Below the pieces are notes generated by a model. That model did no database searches and was not told the DNA's origin. It saw nothing but the letters and a program-made list of their open reading frames with translations. Positions 49,548 to 63,960 of a DNA stretch of 64,000 nucleotides are shown here, piece by piece. The stretch's first letter is position 1. Every line of letters starts with the position of its first letter. A program made the position numbers and the translations under genes. Source of the stretch: Phoronis australis (lineage: Eukaryota > Animalia > Phoronida); the NCBI GenBank assembly GCA_002633005.1, contig NMRA01000812.1, forward strand, positions 1-64,000, given 5' to 3'.

Positions 49548-51620
49548 ATTGTAACTGGTTTCAATTTTTATGATTAATTAATTTGTTTGCCTGCTGCCCA
49601 TATGCCGTTTTGTTGTCAATTTTGCTTCTGAGTAGGCCAACTCTTATTTGCAGTACCTACACATACCCTTCAAACAAATTTTTAAAAAATAAAAAGTTAA
49701 CCTTACAAAAGAACCTAGTCCGAAACTTCGTGTTGGTGACAGCGTACAAATTATTTGCCAATAACCTTTTGGCGAACTGTCCCACCGCCACACCGTCTAA
49801 AGGTCCTGCTTTTGGACACCCTGCCAAGTTCAGTTAGTGACGAGTACATTACTTCGAGCAAGCTTGCTGCAAAAGTTTCTGCAACCCAGCCGCAAACATT
49901 GCTGCATGTTTGCCGCAAACATGCAGCAAACTTTACCATGCAAATGAAGTTTGACACAAGCTTGGTGCAAACATCTCTATGTCCTTATATGGAATAGTTC
50001 CTGCAACCCAACTGCACACCTGAAAAAAATATTGCTGCAAGACTACAACACTTGAGTTGTGGCATGAATAATTTAATGCAGAAATGTCCTTGGCAAATGC
50101 ATAATTTTATTGCATGCCCGCTGGTTATAACAAGAAAATACAGAATCAGCTGCATACTGGATTTAACATGATAGAGTTTAATCTTATGTATAATGACTAG
50201 AAATGAAACCAAGATCACATGACAATGAATAACAGAAAATATACATGTAGAAGTGTCTACAGTGGCAATTGGTAATCATACTTGTATTACAATCAAAATT
50301 GTGTCTAAAGAGAACAACTTGATGTATGCAAGCCTTAATTACAATATACCAAGATGTTTTATTCTTAACGCACGAGGAAGTCTATGGTAATTGTAACAAT
50401 CATACTATTTACCTGACTAAACTAACAACAGCAACACAGAGCGTTGAAATGCGCCCACGGCTGCGCTGCCAACGGGGTGTTTATTAGCATTGAAAATGGC
50501 GCAAAATATGTTGAATGCCGGTGGAGAAAACCATGAAATCAGACTCTCCCTCCATGGAAAGGCATACTTAGAACAGCATGTCGAGCATTTTTAAGTATTT
50601 TATTTTAAATAACCTCATTACTTGTCAACGGAAAAAATCACTCTTAACAATTATAAACATACTTATTTTTCCCATGTTAATTTAAAATAGTTGAAAACAG
50701 TCTAACATTTCATTGATTACTAGTTTTGCTTCCCAATATGGTTTCAGGAAACATCAGTCTACTGAATCGGATATTATTGAAATTTGAAATATTTCGACTA
50801 TAGTGATATCTTCTAGCAGCAACATTTATTTATCTAAGGCATCAAACATAAATCATACCTTTCGATTCTACCATGGTGTTGAAAAGAACAACTACAGAGT
50901 TTGTCCAGTTACCAGTTAAAATTATATTAGTAGACGTTCTAAACACATTCTACTTTAGATTAATCTGCATTACAGCAATCAGTGGTGTTTCATAGCGATC
51001 ATGGGATGATCGCTCCAGTTTTCTTCCTTGTTTGCTCTAACCAACCTTGAGATGCTGGGTATGCCATTTGTTCCGGTGTTTTCAACTCAATCTTGTTGCC
51101 TCACAACCTCTGCAGTGTGTCTGGCTTTCATCAAATACATTAAGTCGCTCAATATTCACAATTCTAAAATATGAATGCTATTTCACTTTCCACAAAAAGG
51201 CATTTGTGATAGCAATATTAGAATCTCAATTACGTTTTAGCTGACTGAATTTGCTATTGCTCATGTATGAACAGGCAGTTGAACTTGTGTTCAAAGTAAC
51301 CAGTATGACCGCAGAGACTGAGAACTGGCGTTTGACTGAAGGTGATGGCAGTTAAAACATTTACCGGTAGTTAATATACAATATGAAATCTTTATTTGTG
51401 CCCAATAGTTACCATGCATTAAACCAAAATAAAACAGTGAATCAAACAGTCAGCGAGTGATGTGAAAATTGACACAAAATCAAGTTTTACAGTCTCAATT
51501 AAGTGATAAATTAGAAGGTCTGGTTACATGTAACTTGACAACGACTTGGAAACTTGTGAGTTCTGGTGTCAACCCTAACTCATTTTGAAATCTGTGCTGT
51601 ACTTTTCTCTAACCATTATA

Positions 51621-51786
51621 CAGTGCTGTAGTGGGGCGTAGGTGCACGTACATGTAGGCGCAGCCAACCACCTTTTGGCATTCCAACGTAGCACCTACTC
51701 ACCGTAAGTTATGTTCAGTGCACAAGGTGATACCGGCAGTGGGCTTTGGGCGCCTACTTACCACTAATTTTACCACTACAGCACTG
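51621..51786. mobile_element. hAT-type MITE, second copy
   Basis: Homologous to 2367-2522; TIRs cagtgctgtagtgg / ccactacagcactg; TSD not preserved. Confidence 0.8.
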
Positions 51787-52055
51787 CATGACCTCCAATT
51801 TGGCTGAATCAGTTAGAAAAGCAACTTCCATCCTTTTGCTTGTAGACCAAAACTACTGATTCATGAATGAAATCTAAGTAATGTTACTTAACAATCACAT
51901 CAAAATAAATACAATTTTAAAATCAAAACTCACATCCATACAGTTCTTCAGTTATCGATGTAGAGTCTATGCTGTATCAAAACCTGTTTGAATAGGGGTC
52001 AAATGAAAGTTTGAAAGGATTTGAAGCCATCATGTACATATGGATGTTATCAGCG

Positions 52056-53920
52056 ATGTGGTAGCGATAAAGAAAGCGGTAAAGTTACTTTGATGAATAC
52101 AAATGGAAGTAGTGCAGTAGACAATGTCATGGTAACTGAGGAAATTCCGACTTCAGTCAGTCATTTTCAAGTTGGTGAGAAAATTGCGTGTCTCCGATCA
52201 TTTTTCGTTACGCTGAGAAGTGTATCGTAACCTTCAAGAAAATAACAGATGGGAAACTCACGACTTTGATAGAAAAATAAACAGAGACATAATCTGGAAA
52301 GAAAAAATAAAAACAATTATTTTGAGTTCTCACAGTTGACAAAAGATAACGGATGCCTGGAAAATGTTGCACGAAATCTTCAAAATAACGTGTTCTGTTT
52401 TAGAGGCCTTGGATAGTATGACTGTATAATTTGGTTTTAAATTCTGTTACAAGCTCTGGTATGACAAAATCTGAATCATCGAAACGTAGATCAAAACCTT
52501 TAGCATGCCATAATCAAAAGTTTCTGGTACGTACATGTACATGTAGTTATTTAAGGAAATATAGAAGGTTAAAATTTTGCCATGGCTGAATATAGAACCT
52601 AACAAGCGACATAAAAACTGATCAAAACAAAGCAAAAATATTCAGAGAAAGACAAATCATTGCTACACTCATCTACATGTATGAGCTGGCTGTACTTCGG
52701 GAGCAAGTTTTCGGATACACAGAATTGATTAAATGCACAATTTTCATTGTTGAGAGTCTTTATTCCGTTAAGTTTATACATTCGGAACAAAACTCTACTC
52801 TCAACTGAATGAAACATGTATGTTTCGAAATATCGTGTGCCTTTTAATTATGTCGCTAGGTCAGTTATTTTATCTATGTTCAGGCTGGCTTCAGGAAGGG
52901 GTAATGCCCAGTTGACAATGTTTATTCTCAATACTCTTATTAACAAATATTTACTGAAACAGAGAGGCCTCTTCTTTTGTCTTTTTATCGTCTTTAAAAG
53001 AGCGTTCGACTTTTGTGGCGAGAGCTACGGACTTATGTACAAAATGTCAAGTTTTGGAAAAATGTATCAAATTATAAACAGCATGTATAAAATGTGAAGT
53101 CATGCATTTTGCTGAATGGGGACGGTTACGTAACCGATTTCTTCCAGTGTAGGAAGAGAGTAAGACAAGGATTTGGAGAATTACAAAAACAACAAGGCTC
53201 GTGAGTAAATATTGGTCTAGTGAATTTATATTCACTGATGTTTGCCGATGACTTGGCTCTCGTTGAAGAAACCGCTGTTCCTATGCAAAGATTGATTACC
53301 TAACTAAATGGAAGTTTCATTTGAACATGATGTCAAAAAGAAAAGGTATTGTCTTTTTATCAAGAGGAATATATAAGAAATTATGAATAGTGGAAATTAT
53401 TAAACTGTGCCAACGATTTCAGAGTATTTGGGAATCAAAATTTACCTCTCAGGGTGTGTTTTACAAAGGCGCAGCTGATAAAGCGGCAATAGGTAGACTA
53501 AGTACATTGACGTTCCTGAGAAAGTGTGGTTATAATTGTTCGATGTAAAAGTATGGTGTAAAGTCCTAAGATTTGGGGATTTCATCCTGCACAAGACATT
53601 GAAATGGTACACAATAACTTCTGTAAGTTCTTACCGCGACTTCAACAGTACATGTATGTTTCAAACGTAGCAGTGAGAGCAGAGCTTGGGAGAGTGACGA
53701 TGAACGTACATTTATTATTGAGAATTGTTGAATACTGGTTAAAGTTCAAGTAAAAATGCCAAGCCATCGTTATGTTAGCGTATGCTATAGCGTTCAACAG
53801 GAAGTGGCTGACCAAAAAAACTGTTGGGCCCTGAACACCAAACGTTTGTTATTTACGTACTGTTTTGGAATTTTGGGGCACAACAAGGCGTACGCAGGCG
53901 ACAGTGCCTCATTTACATGT
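52056..53920 (+). mobile_element. Second, truncated and internally rearranged copy of the degenerate LINE at 23900-26960
   Basis: Near-identical from tgtggtagcgataaagaaagcggtaaagttactttg (cf. 24504) to ctgcctcatttac (cf. 26708). 52690-52880 replaces the segment ~25185-25720. Confidence 0.9.
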
Positions 53921-56900
53921 ACATGTACAGTGCTGATCGAATCCAACGTCCTATCGAACGCGGCTAGGCCGCGTCCGGATACGGGTTCCAAACCGCGGTT
54001 GGACCGAGGCTAGCTCAGGTCCGGACTTCGTCTGACCGCGGTTAATCCGAAGTGAAGTCGCGTCCGTGCTATGCCTTGGCTTTGTTTTTACTTCGCTCGG
54101 AAAGCTGGAAATACTGGGGGGTTACTGTAAGTAAGCGTATGATGAGGCGATTAAATGTTCTATGGCACATTGTAAAACAGTTCATTATCAGATTTCGGTC
54201 GGGGTTACAGACGTACGTGTGGGATATGTAAAGTTACTAATTCGTTACTTTTAATCTGACGTATAGCCAGTATCATCGACGTTGTACCTTTCCTGATCTC
54301 CGGGCCTGATTGCGATTTCATAATTGAACTTTCAGTTAACAGACTGAGTCAGTAGTGGTTATAACAGCGTGTGGCTGAGTTGTGTGTGAGAGGCATACAT
54401 GTACAACATGTAGTGGTTAATAAAATAATTATTTTAACTCACTTCTTTGGCACATGGCATCTATTGTACTTTGGACAAAGTACAGTAGTTTGTTTTCCAG
54501 ATAGATGATTTTGAAAGTGTTTTGCGTAAACGACATCCCCGTCACAGATTACTTATTAGTTTCATCTCCAGTAATGTTTCTGCCTTGTAAAAATTTAACA
54601 CAGATCAATGGCGAGAAGAAAAAGAGACGTGGTGTAAATTAAAAAAAAAAATTCTACTCTTGTACCACGGACTATCTAGTGCAATAGGCGAATCTCACAA
54701 TTTTTATTTTCAATTTTGATATTTTCTTTTTCTTTAAATCGCGACACTACAATAAATAGGGAGGCGTGCGTGTAGAGTTTGAGCGAACTGATCAAATAAT
54801 TATTATAAAGACGATCGGATCTTAAGTCGTTGTCCTTCACTCCGTGTAGTAACAAATCTGGGTCACTAAAAGGCAAGTCATCATGAATACCAACAGTTGC
54901 AACAAAGAAACTAGGCCATGGATCTTATCAACAGCAACAACAAAAGCAATATTGATCAACTGACCCGCAGTTATAGGCCTACTTTATACACGTAGGGGGA
55001 AATCTGACCGTACGCCGAAAACGCGGCCTCTTACAGATCCTCCGTACGAGTAAGGTGAATTCTAGACCAATGGTACACGGAGTAGGGGTTCGTGTTTATA
55101 GTTTACGGCATGGTCGTATATAGCGCCACTAAAGTCAACAAGCGCCGGTCCAATCGTTATCTATAGCACACCGTACATTAATTGTTGGAAGAAACGTGTT
55201 TTAAAGTACTACTTTGAAATAACGTGAAATGTACGAGAACCATTGTGCGTTGAAACCCCATCGACAACTTTGTGCATTTAGACAAATATTTCCAAAATTA
55301 TTGAATTATTAAAACACAATGAAAAGAATCTGTTTTTAACGTACCGGGCAATCTCCGACAGCCATTACCGGAGTTAATTGATCACGAACTCTGTTAAATT
55401 CGAAAATGAAAGAATACTAAGGCATGTGTACGCATATTGCATCCATATTCTTATTTTTGACCGTATTTTATTAATTTACCAAATACTCACAATGAAATCT
55501 AAAAAAGTTATTTCAATTTTTCGAATTGTCATTGTCGGTTTTGTACAAATTTTTGTAAGAATCACAAGTTTCGTTTTAATAAACATGCGGTCTAATACGC
55601 TTACAAGGAACTGAGGAAGTCACGCATTTCTAAAGATATGCGTGAATTTTCACCTTTCGTCCTTCNTAATACGCTTACAAGGAACTGAGGAAGTCACGCA
55701 TTTCTAAAGATATGCGTGAATCTTCACCTTTCGTCCTTCTAAACGGCTTTACCAGGATCAATGAGAGCGCGGCACCGGAGTTTGAAACAGTTGTGATGAC
55801 CGCAATTAAGTGCATTTACCGGACCATAAACGTTAGTAAACATCTCTGCCTGTACAAAATGGCAAACTTTCAAATTGCATGAACCAAAAAATGTCGTTAA
55901 AATGAACACCACGCTGTATTTAGCTGGAAAAAGCGACCACGTATGGTTTTCGTTTTTTAAAAAATCGATGAACTAATAAGCTAAAAACTACAAACATTGA
56001 GTACAGTTGAAGATAAACGATCGTGCGTATTGATATACTCGGTGGATTGACACACACTGATCAGAGTTTACAATATCACATGCATTTTTCTAGTATTTTT
56101 TCAATCTATTTTAACCAGATTGTTAATTTGTTGTAATAAACTTGTGCCCATTCTCCATTTTTATGACTGACAAAAAGCTAAATTAGTTTTGCAGTCAGTA
56201 CAACCGAAATTTTCCAGAGATTACAAATTCCATCTTGGCTATCACCATATTTACACTTTCGCATATTTTAGGCTAATAAAGATCAAACTTGAAATAATGA
56301 CTAATGTTTAATGTAACTAAGTTTCGCTGACGATCATAATTTACCACTGTTTCAGTACTTCAAGTTTAAAAATAAAATGTAAAAGTATCAATCCGTTCCC
56401 AGTATGAGAAAAACCAAGTAGACAGGAGTATTAAAAAAGAAATCGAATACCAAAAACTGGTATTAAACAATTTTTAAAACCGTCTTTCCTTTTGGGAAGT
56501 GTCTTTTTGTGGAGATAAAAACGAATTAACATTCTTAGTCATATTGTGTACCAAGTTAAAACTACTCTCCACAGCTGCAGGATGTAACTCTGTAATAATG
56601 CCAGAGAAAACCTGTTTGGGTGTAATAACAAACACGATTGTTGAGACAGTAGTGTAAGTTATTGCCTTTAGACTTCATTAGTTCAGGTCTACATCAATAC
56701 AAAAGGCGAGCTGAATAGGCATCGTTAAAGTTGTTTGGGGCTAAGAGAACCTGAGCGGTGACCAGTGTAAGCGAGAAAATTTCCACATAAATGCTCACAC
56801 AAGAGTGGAGAATCTTAAAAACTCCGTNAAGGCGAGCTGAATAGGCATCGTTAAAGTTGTTTGGGGCTAAGAGAATCTGAGCGGTGACCAGTGTAAGCGA

Positions 56901-57239
56901 GAAACTTTCCACATAAATGCTCACACAAGAGTGGAGAATCTTAAAAACTCCGTAAAATAGCGTTTTGGACAATATCTGCAAGAAGCCTGCAATATACTTA
57001 ACAAAAAGCAAATCAGCTGTGTCTCAGGTACTATTTTAAAAGTTAGCTTTAAGTTTGAACATGGTATATGATGTGCAGTGAAAATCATGATTGCGCATCA
57101 AGGTCAGGCACGCTATTCAGTTTCCCTGGGCCCATGGCATATGGACATAATACAGAGCGTATTTCCATGGCGTAGTCTCGAAATTCTCCATTTTTCTTTT
57201 GGCCGAGTCCTTATAAGCGGGGTGGGTGAGGCGGTACTA

Positions 57240-59628
57240 CCGTATTCGCCGTAATAACAGCCCATGCCCTATAAGTGCCCCCACGCGTTATCAGACTTCG
57301 CTGAAATAAGCGCCCAGTCCATGAACGTGTACATGCGAACAATGACGTACGCAAAGTCCGAAAACTCGGTTACAGTAACGTCTTCAATTTATCAAAAAAT
57401 GTTTGCGCGGGTCTTTTAGACCACCAGCGGCACTGCTACATGTACGTTTGTATTTAGCCGTGACTATACGCTCCAAAGTAACGCCACGCTTCAAAAAAAA
57501 AAACGCAACAGCGTTGCTACTCTCGCGACGAACGTGTCCCGCTTATGGTCTGACCTTTCAGTACAGAAACATCGACGGTCTCATGAATAAAAATAACTTG
57601 GTGTTAAACGCACGTGGCCAGGAAGCGCGTGCTACATACATGAACCTGTCATCAAAGACATCAGTCGGGAACTATCCTGACTCATAAGTATGTCGCACGC
57701 GCTGCCCCAGAAACAAAACAGGGTTACATAATATATCACCTGCAGTCTTTTGTGTTTGGTTAGCGAACAGTTAACGGGAACTTCGTTGCGCACCAAAGGA
57801 CATTGCGAATAATCAGTCAAGGCGTGTTACACGACAAATATATACCTTATTTCCTATCTTTGCGAGTCGCTTCTGTTCATGGTCAGCAACATCTCCGTTT
57901 ATGCTCGCGTCAGCAACTATCACAAATCTGCGCGCAAGTTCAAGCCGTCTAAAACGGAATAGAAAATTTGTCGACACCCGATCGCATGAATTCTAAGATT
58001 TCGGACACCGTCAATTTTTGCCGACTTTCTCGGCACATTTCACGAGTTTCGGACGGCCAATATTGCCTATTTCTAAAACTTCGGACAGGTTCTGACTTTA
58101 CAAGTCGATGCTGAAGTTTATTACCCGATTTTAAATGCTCGCGCGGAAAGAGTTCTCACTGAGACAATTAAAAATGGTCGACATTCTTTCAATTACCGTA
58201 ATTGGCAAATTTATCGAGAGAATGATGTTCAAGGGATCTGAATGGAGACTGTCCATGTTTGAAACGTTTATTCAACAAAACTGAAAAAATAGGACTCAAG
58301 CCGTGTAACCTGCGTACTAATGCCTCAACGCTAAATTGTCACCAGTTCTTTGTTTCTCGCAAGCTGTGCATCAATTTTTGCCAATCGATGACTGTATATG
58401 ATCGGGTTTAATCAAGATTGAGCAACATGGAACTAAATTTTTGAATAAATTCCTAAGTAGTTATAAACGTGAATTCTACTCTGATGTGTTCTCAAGGCCT
58501 TGTCAATGATTACGTAATACTGCACAAGCGATTTGTGTGGTTGGCTGGCTCTCCACTGAGCTATTGTTAGGAAGGATTTGTCATGAGGGACAGCGGGCAA
58601 CTGGGTAAGGGAAGCAGTCGCCCCTGAGGAGGCTGACCCTCATTAAGTTCATGAAACGGGTAGCATAGCATCGGTAAGAAATGAATATTGGCACTTATTT
58701 CCGACAATTTCTAATACTATAAAAATGTTTGCGTTATTTCTGAGATGGATTGTTTGATAAACCATAATTCGTGCTTTTAAGCCAAATATCCGATAGATGG
58801 TAACTGACAGTGAATGCTTACACAACCTTACACCGAAAAATAACTGTCAGATAGTTACGTACGCATCCAGCTACACGGCGAATAATATGGGCCTTACCGA
58901 GACAAATTTCGAACGTTTTAGTAGCATCGAGATCGGCAAGTGCTGAATGAAACACGCTCTGGTTTAGGCCTACTGCTTGTGTAAATTTCTTTTGGCACAA
59001 TGCACATCTAGCTCGTTAGATTGCGTGGCTCTGGCTGGCCAAAAGACGGTCTCTGCTTTTGCAAATGAACTCTGGTGACACGCGCGCGCTCGCTTACTCA
59101 CACTACGCAGACAAACTTCAAAACGTGGCAACAACATGTGTGCGTCCAGACATTCTTCTCGTGTTGCCGATCATACATGGAACGATGTCACTGAGCACAG
59201 ATTTCTACTTAAACCTGCAATCATTCCCAACTCCACGGGAACTTAAAAAAATCTTAGGGACGCTACTTGGAAAACTTAGTGAGGATTTCACGTAACTTAT
59301 GATTTAATTACTTGAGTCGAAATTAACTAAGCATTGAAGTCGTCATATCGACCACGACGATTTTGAGGCAGTTAGTCGGCGAGTTTTCGCCCTGGGATTT
59401 CACTACAATTTTTTGTAAAATAATCGTAATTTAGCAGCAAAGTTTGTTAGCAAAGCACCATAGTTTTGTAGAAAGTCTTTCATAGATTACAGATACACTG
59501 TACGTCACAGAGCGTAAATTTGATGAATCACCCGTTTCGGAGACCGGGTTTCAACCGCTTTGGGTTGTAATAAGCGCCCTGAACCGAGCTTTTCTTAGCG
59601 CCCTGGGCGGTTATTACGGCGAATACGG
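57240..59628. mobile_element. Non-autonomous Tc1/mariner-pogo-like element (~2.4 kb)
   Basis: TIRs (ta)ccgtattcgccgtaataacagccca / tgggcggttattacggcgaatacgg(tg), with internal taagcgccc repeats; TA on the left flank; no transposase ORF seen. Confidence 0.75.
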
Positions 59629-60642
59629 TGTCGCGTAAAATTTCTTCCCAGTGATTATGTCGTCCCACTCCGACTTTGCGCATGCGCAGATTGGCCAGGA
59701 ATGTATACATCCGGTTTTGAGAGCGTGAAATATCTTCCCACGGCAATTCTGTACGCTACAGTGAGACATTTGAGTCGTTATCTGCTACGAACACGAATAT
59801 TTCAGACGTTTTTTTCCAAAGATGCATGGTCGTAAGTACATAGAGAGTGATGTGAATAAGTTTTTGGAGGATGGATCCCTTCCGTTGACTTTGACGAACA
59901 GTCAGCTCAAGGCTGTACGAAGTTGGGGCAGTTGTGCCAAGCCCAAGGACTTTCGCCGTTTCAGTTAGGTAAGTCGACTAAAATGATACTTCAATAATTT
60001 AAAAAATACGCGAAATATGCTGAGGCTATATTTGCTATAACTACCAGGCAAGCCCTGCAGTGATTAAGATATTACTAAAGTAAACACTTAAGTTGGTTGT
60101 CACTGTTGTTACCAGTTCTCATGGAGAATATTGTACAGTTGTTGTTCAGCAGTTAATGGATTTTGTGCCATTTAGTACTCATCTTGTTGTAATGCCTTCC
60201 TTTATTACTTATCGAGTTTAGCAACAGTTCATAACATTTCTCTTGTAGTTGTGGTGTGTATGCTATTGCATGCTGTTGTACCTCGTTAACCGCTGATGAA
60301 GACTCCACAGTCATAGAGCATGATGCCAAAAGCTTGTCTTGCTGCATGCCTTCAATTCGGTATAGTATAATCTGCGGAACTGGGTGTTTGTACGGAAAAC
60401 TTCTTCATGATAATGAGTCATACATTCTAATGTGTTCAGTGTCCTGAAATTAAGTTGATGGTGATACTACGGACCGGATCGGGATTTGCCTGCATTAGAA
60501 TAATTAGGTCATTCTAATATGGACAGTCTAGGCTTGTGCTAGCCATTTGCCACCATTGGTGAATTCTGAGTGACACTGGCGATGGTATGGCTAAGTCCAT
60601 TCGCCATCTTGGCAAATGAGTTTGCAGCTTCAAAAATAAATT

Positions 60643-63600
60643 TTGGGGAAACATACTCGTGTTTCGACTCACTGTCAGCTCGAATCGAGTCATGCTGCAA
60701 ACAACATTAGTCGATTCGGAGTCTTAATAATTAACAAGCAAATGCTCCATTTCATGTCCATCACTCCCCCTGAAATCACTCTTTTACCTCAACGAAATGT
60801 TCAACTATGATAATGTATTTGGGGAGTACATGTTGTCACTTGTCGCCTGCAAGTGACAATGTCAAAACAAAGAACAGAGGACTATTTTTCAGCAGCAAAT
60901 GCAATCCAGTCTCAATAACTTTTTACCCTCACAACATGGTGTGGGCGAATCCGAAGTATTTTAATACCGTATCTTTGGCATAAATCTGACCTAAGTTGAG
61001 ATGTCTCAAACATGAAATATTAACTCAAGCTTTTAATTTACTATTTTCATCAGAATCTCCTTATTCATTAAGTAACCATAACATTTTTCATCTCACAANA
61101 ACTATGATAATGTATTTGGGGAGTACATGTTGTCACTTGTCGCCTGCAAGTGACAATGTCAAAACAATGAACAGAAGACTATTTTTCAGCAGCAAACGCA
61201 ATCCAGTCTCAATAACTTTTTATCTTCACAACATGGTGTGGGCGAATCCGAAGTATTTTAATACCGTATCTTTGGCATAAATCTGACCTAAGTTGAGATG
61301 TCTCAAACATGAAATATGAACTCAAGCTTTAAATTTACTATTTTCATCAGAATCTATCCTTATTCATTAAGTAACCTTAACATTTTTCATCTCACAATTT
61401 GTCGGGTCAAATATTAATGGAGACTTGACACTGGCAGCTTTTTTCAAGGAGTATTGGAATACGATCGTTTTGCTCATAGTTGTGCTTGTTATTAGCCAAT
61501 GTTAGGTCAGTTGTGTAAGGGCTCTGTATATTCTTATTTTGCGTGCAAATTTCTTGTATATTTTACAAATAGTCAGGTACTATAAATCTCGACTTCTATT
61601 GTGCTTCCTTTTTTTCTTTCCATTTAAAGACTATGTTGTTGTTCAGGTTTTCAATCGTTCAATTTATTTTTCAGTTTTATTACATTTCATCTGTTCTCTG
61701 GCCTGGCACCATAGCCCATGGGTACTATTCATCATATGCACATCAGTCCAGGAATAGCCGTGAAATCTCTGATGAAAAGTGTCAAAAAATGATTCAAATG
61801 CTGAGAGGTGAGGAGTTGTCAGATGGCCTGGTCAGTTTTCCCAAAATCAAATGGTGGATTGGAAACAAGCATATCGGCCTGCTGTAACTGCTTGGTTCGA
61901 ATGTCGCTGACAGGCTGGGTATTAACACAGAAAGGTACCCGCGATTTTACAGCAATCGGAATGAAACATCTGACTGATAATGATGAATGACGTAGTTTTA
62001 ATTATGTGCTTTTGTTATACATGTGTTTTAATGAGTTACACCACCAAATTGTATGACCACTAAGGTATGTGTGAATATCTATTATTTGTATTTATGCATG
62101 TGAATTTTTTGATAGGCTGTAGGCTCATCCATCATGCAGTCTGTCCTTAATGTTGTCAGAGCAAGAGGAGTCAGCAATATACGTCGTGTCCACGCAACAT
62201 TGTCCATGTCATCTGCACACAGCAGGTACTTTAGTGCAGCAGACTTCTTGGATTCAAATGCAAAGATGTTTCTATACCTACATGTCGGTTTAATGTCCAA
62301 CAAAATACTGCAAACTTTTATGGCAGTTTGATGTGTGTGTCTAGGCGTTATACTACACACCTGCATAAATTTGTCACTGTCTTACCATCATANTTTGGGG
62401 AAACCTACTCGTGTTTCGACTCACTGTCAGCTCGAATCGAGTCATGCTGCAAACAACATTAGTCGATTCCGAGTCTTAAAAATTAACAAGCAAATGCTCC
62501 ATTTCATGTCCATCACTCCCCCTGAAATCACTCTTTTACCTCAACGAAATGTTCAACTATGATAATGTATTTGGGGAGTACATGTTGTCACTTGTCGCCT
62601 GCAAGTGACAATGTCAAAACAATGAACAGAGGGCTATTTTTCAGCAGCAAACGCAATCCAGTCTCAATAACTTTTCACCCTCACAACATGGTGTGGGCAA
62701 ATCCGAAGTATTTTAATACCGTATCTTTGGCATAAATCTGACCTAAGTTGAGATGTCTCAAACATGAAATATGAACTCAAGCTTTAAATTTACTATTTTC
62801 ATCAGAATCTCTCCTTATTCATTAAGTAACCTTAACATTTTTCATCTCACAATTTGTCGGGTCAAATATTAATCGAGACTTGACACTGGCAGCTTTTTTC
62901 AAGGGGTATTGGAATACGATCGTTTTGCTCATAGTTGTGCTTGTTATTAGCCAATGTTAGGTCAGTTGTGTAAGGGCTCTGTATATTCTTATTTTGCGTG
63001 CAAATTTCTTGTATATTTTACAAATAATCAGGTACTATAAATCTCGACTTCTATTGTGCTTCCTTTGTTTCTTTCCATTGAAAGACTATGTTGTTGTTCA
63101 GGTTTTCAATCGTTCAATTTATTTTTCAGTTTTATTACATTTCATCTGTTGTCTGGCCTGGCACCATGGCCCATGGGTACTATTCATCATATGCACATCA
63201 GTCCAGGAATAGCCGTGACATCTCTGATGAAAAGTGTCTAAAAATTATTCAAATGCTGAGAGGTGAGGTGTTGTCAGATGGCCTGGTCAGTTTTCCAAAA
63301 ATCAAATGGTGGATTGGAAACAAGCATATCGGCCTGCTATAACTGCTTGGTTCGAATGTCACTGACAGGCTGGGTATTAACACAGAAAGGTACTCGCGAT
63401 TTTACAGCAATCGGAATGAAACATCTGACTGATAATGATGAATGACGTAGTTTTGATTATGTGCTTTTGTTATACATGTGTTTTAATGAGTTACACCACC
63501 AAATTGTATGACCACTAAGGTATGTGTGAATATCTATTATTTGCATTTATGCATGTGAATTTTTTTGATAGGCTGTAGCTTCATCCATCATGCAGTCTGT

Positions 63601-63960
63601 CCTTAACGTTGTCAGAGCAAGAGGAGTCAGCAATATACGTCGTGTCCACGCAACATTGTCCATGTCATCTGCACACAGCAGGTANCTGTAGCTTCATCCA
63701 TCATGCAGTCTGTCCTTAATGTTGTCAGAGCAAGAGGAGTCAGCAATATACGTCGTGTCCACACAACATTGTCCATGTCATCTGCACACAGCAGGTACTT
63801 TAGGGCAGCAGACTTCTTGGATTCAAATGCAAAGATGTTCCTATACCTACATGTCGGTTTAATGTCCAACAAAATACTGCAAAGTTTTTATGGCAGTTTG
63901 ATGTGTGTTTCTAGGCGTTATACTACACACCTGCATAAATTTGTCACTGTCTTACCATCA
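60643..63960 (+). repeat. Near-identical tandem duplications (60643-62391 vs 62394-63960, with internal ~290-bp and ~110-bp repeats), joined at single n bases
   Basis: The copies differ by scattered substitutions, and each junction coincides with an n (61099, 62393, 63685). Confidence 0.85.

Noticed and set aside
53935-54060. GC-rich, CCGCGG-containing segment as a promoter/CpG island or structured RNA
   Set aside because: No associated gene or matching inverted end was identified; it is likely a transposon terminus but cannot be supported.
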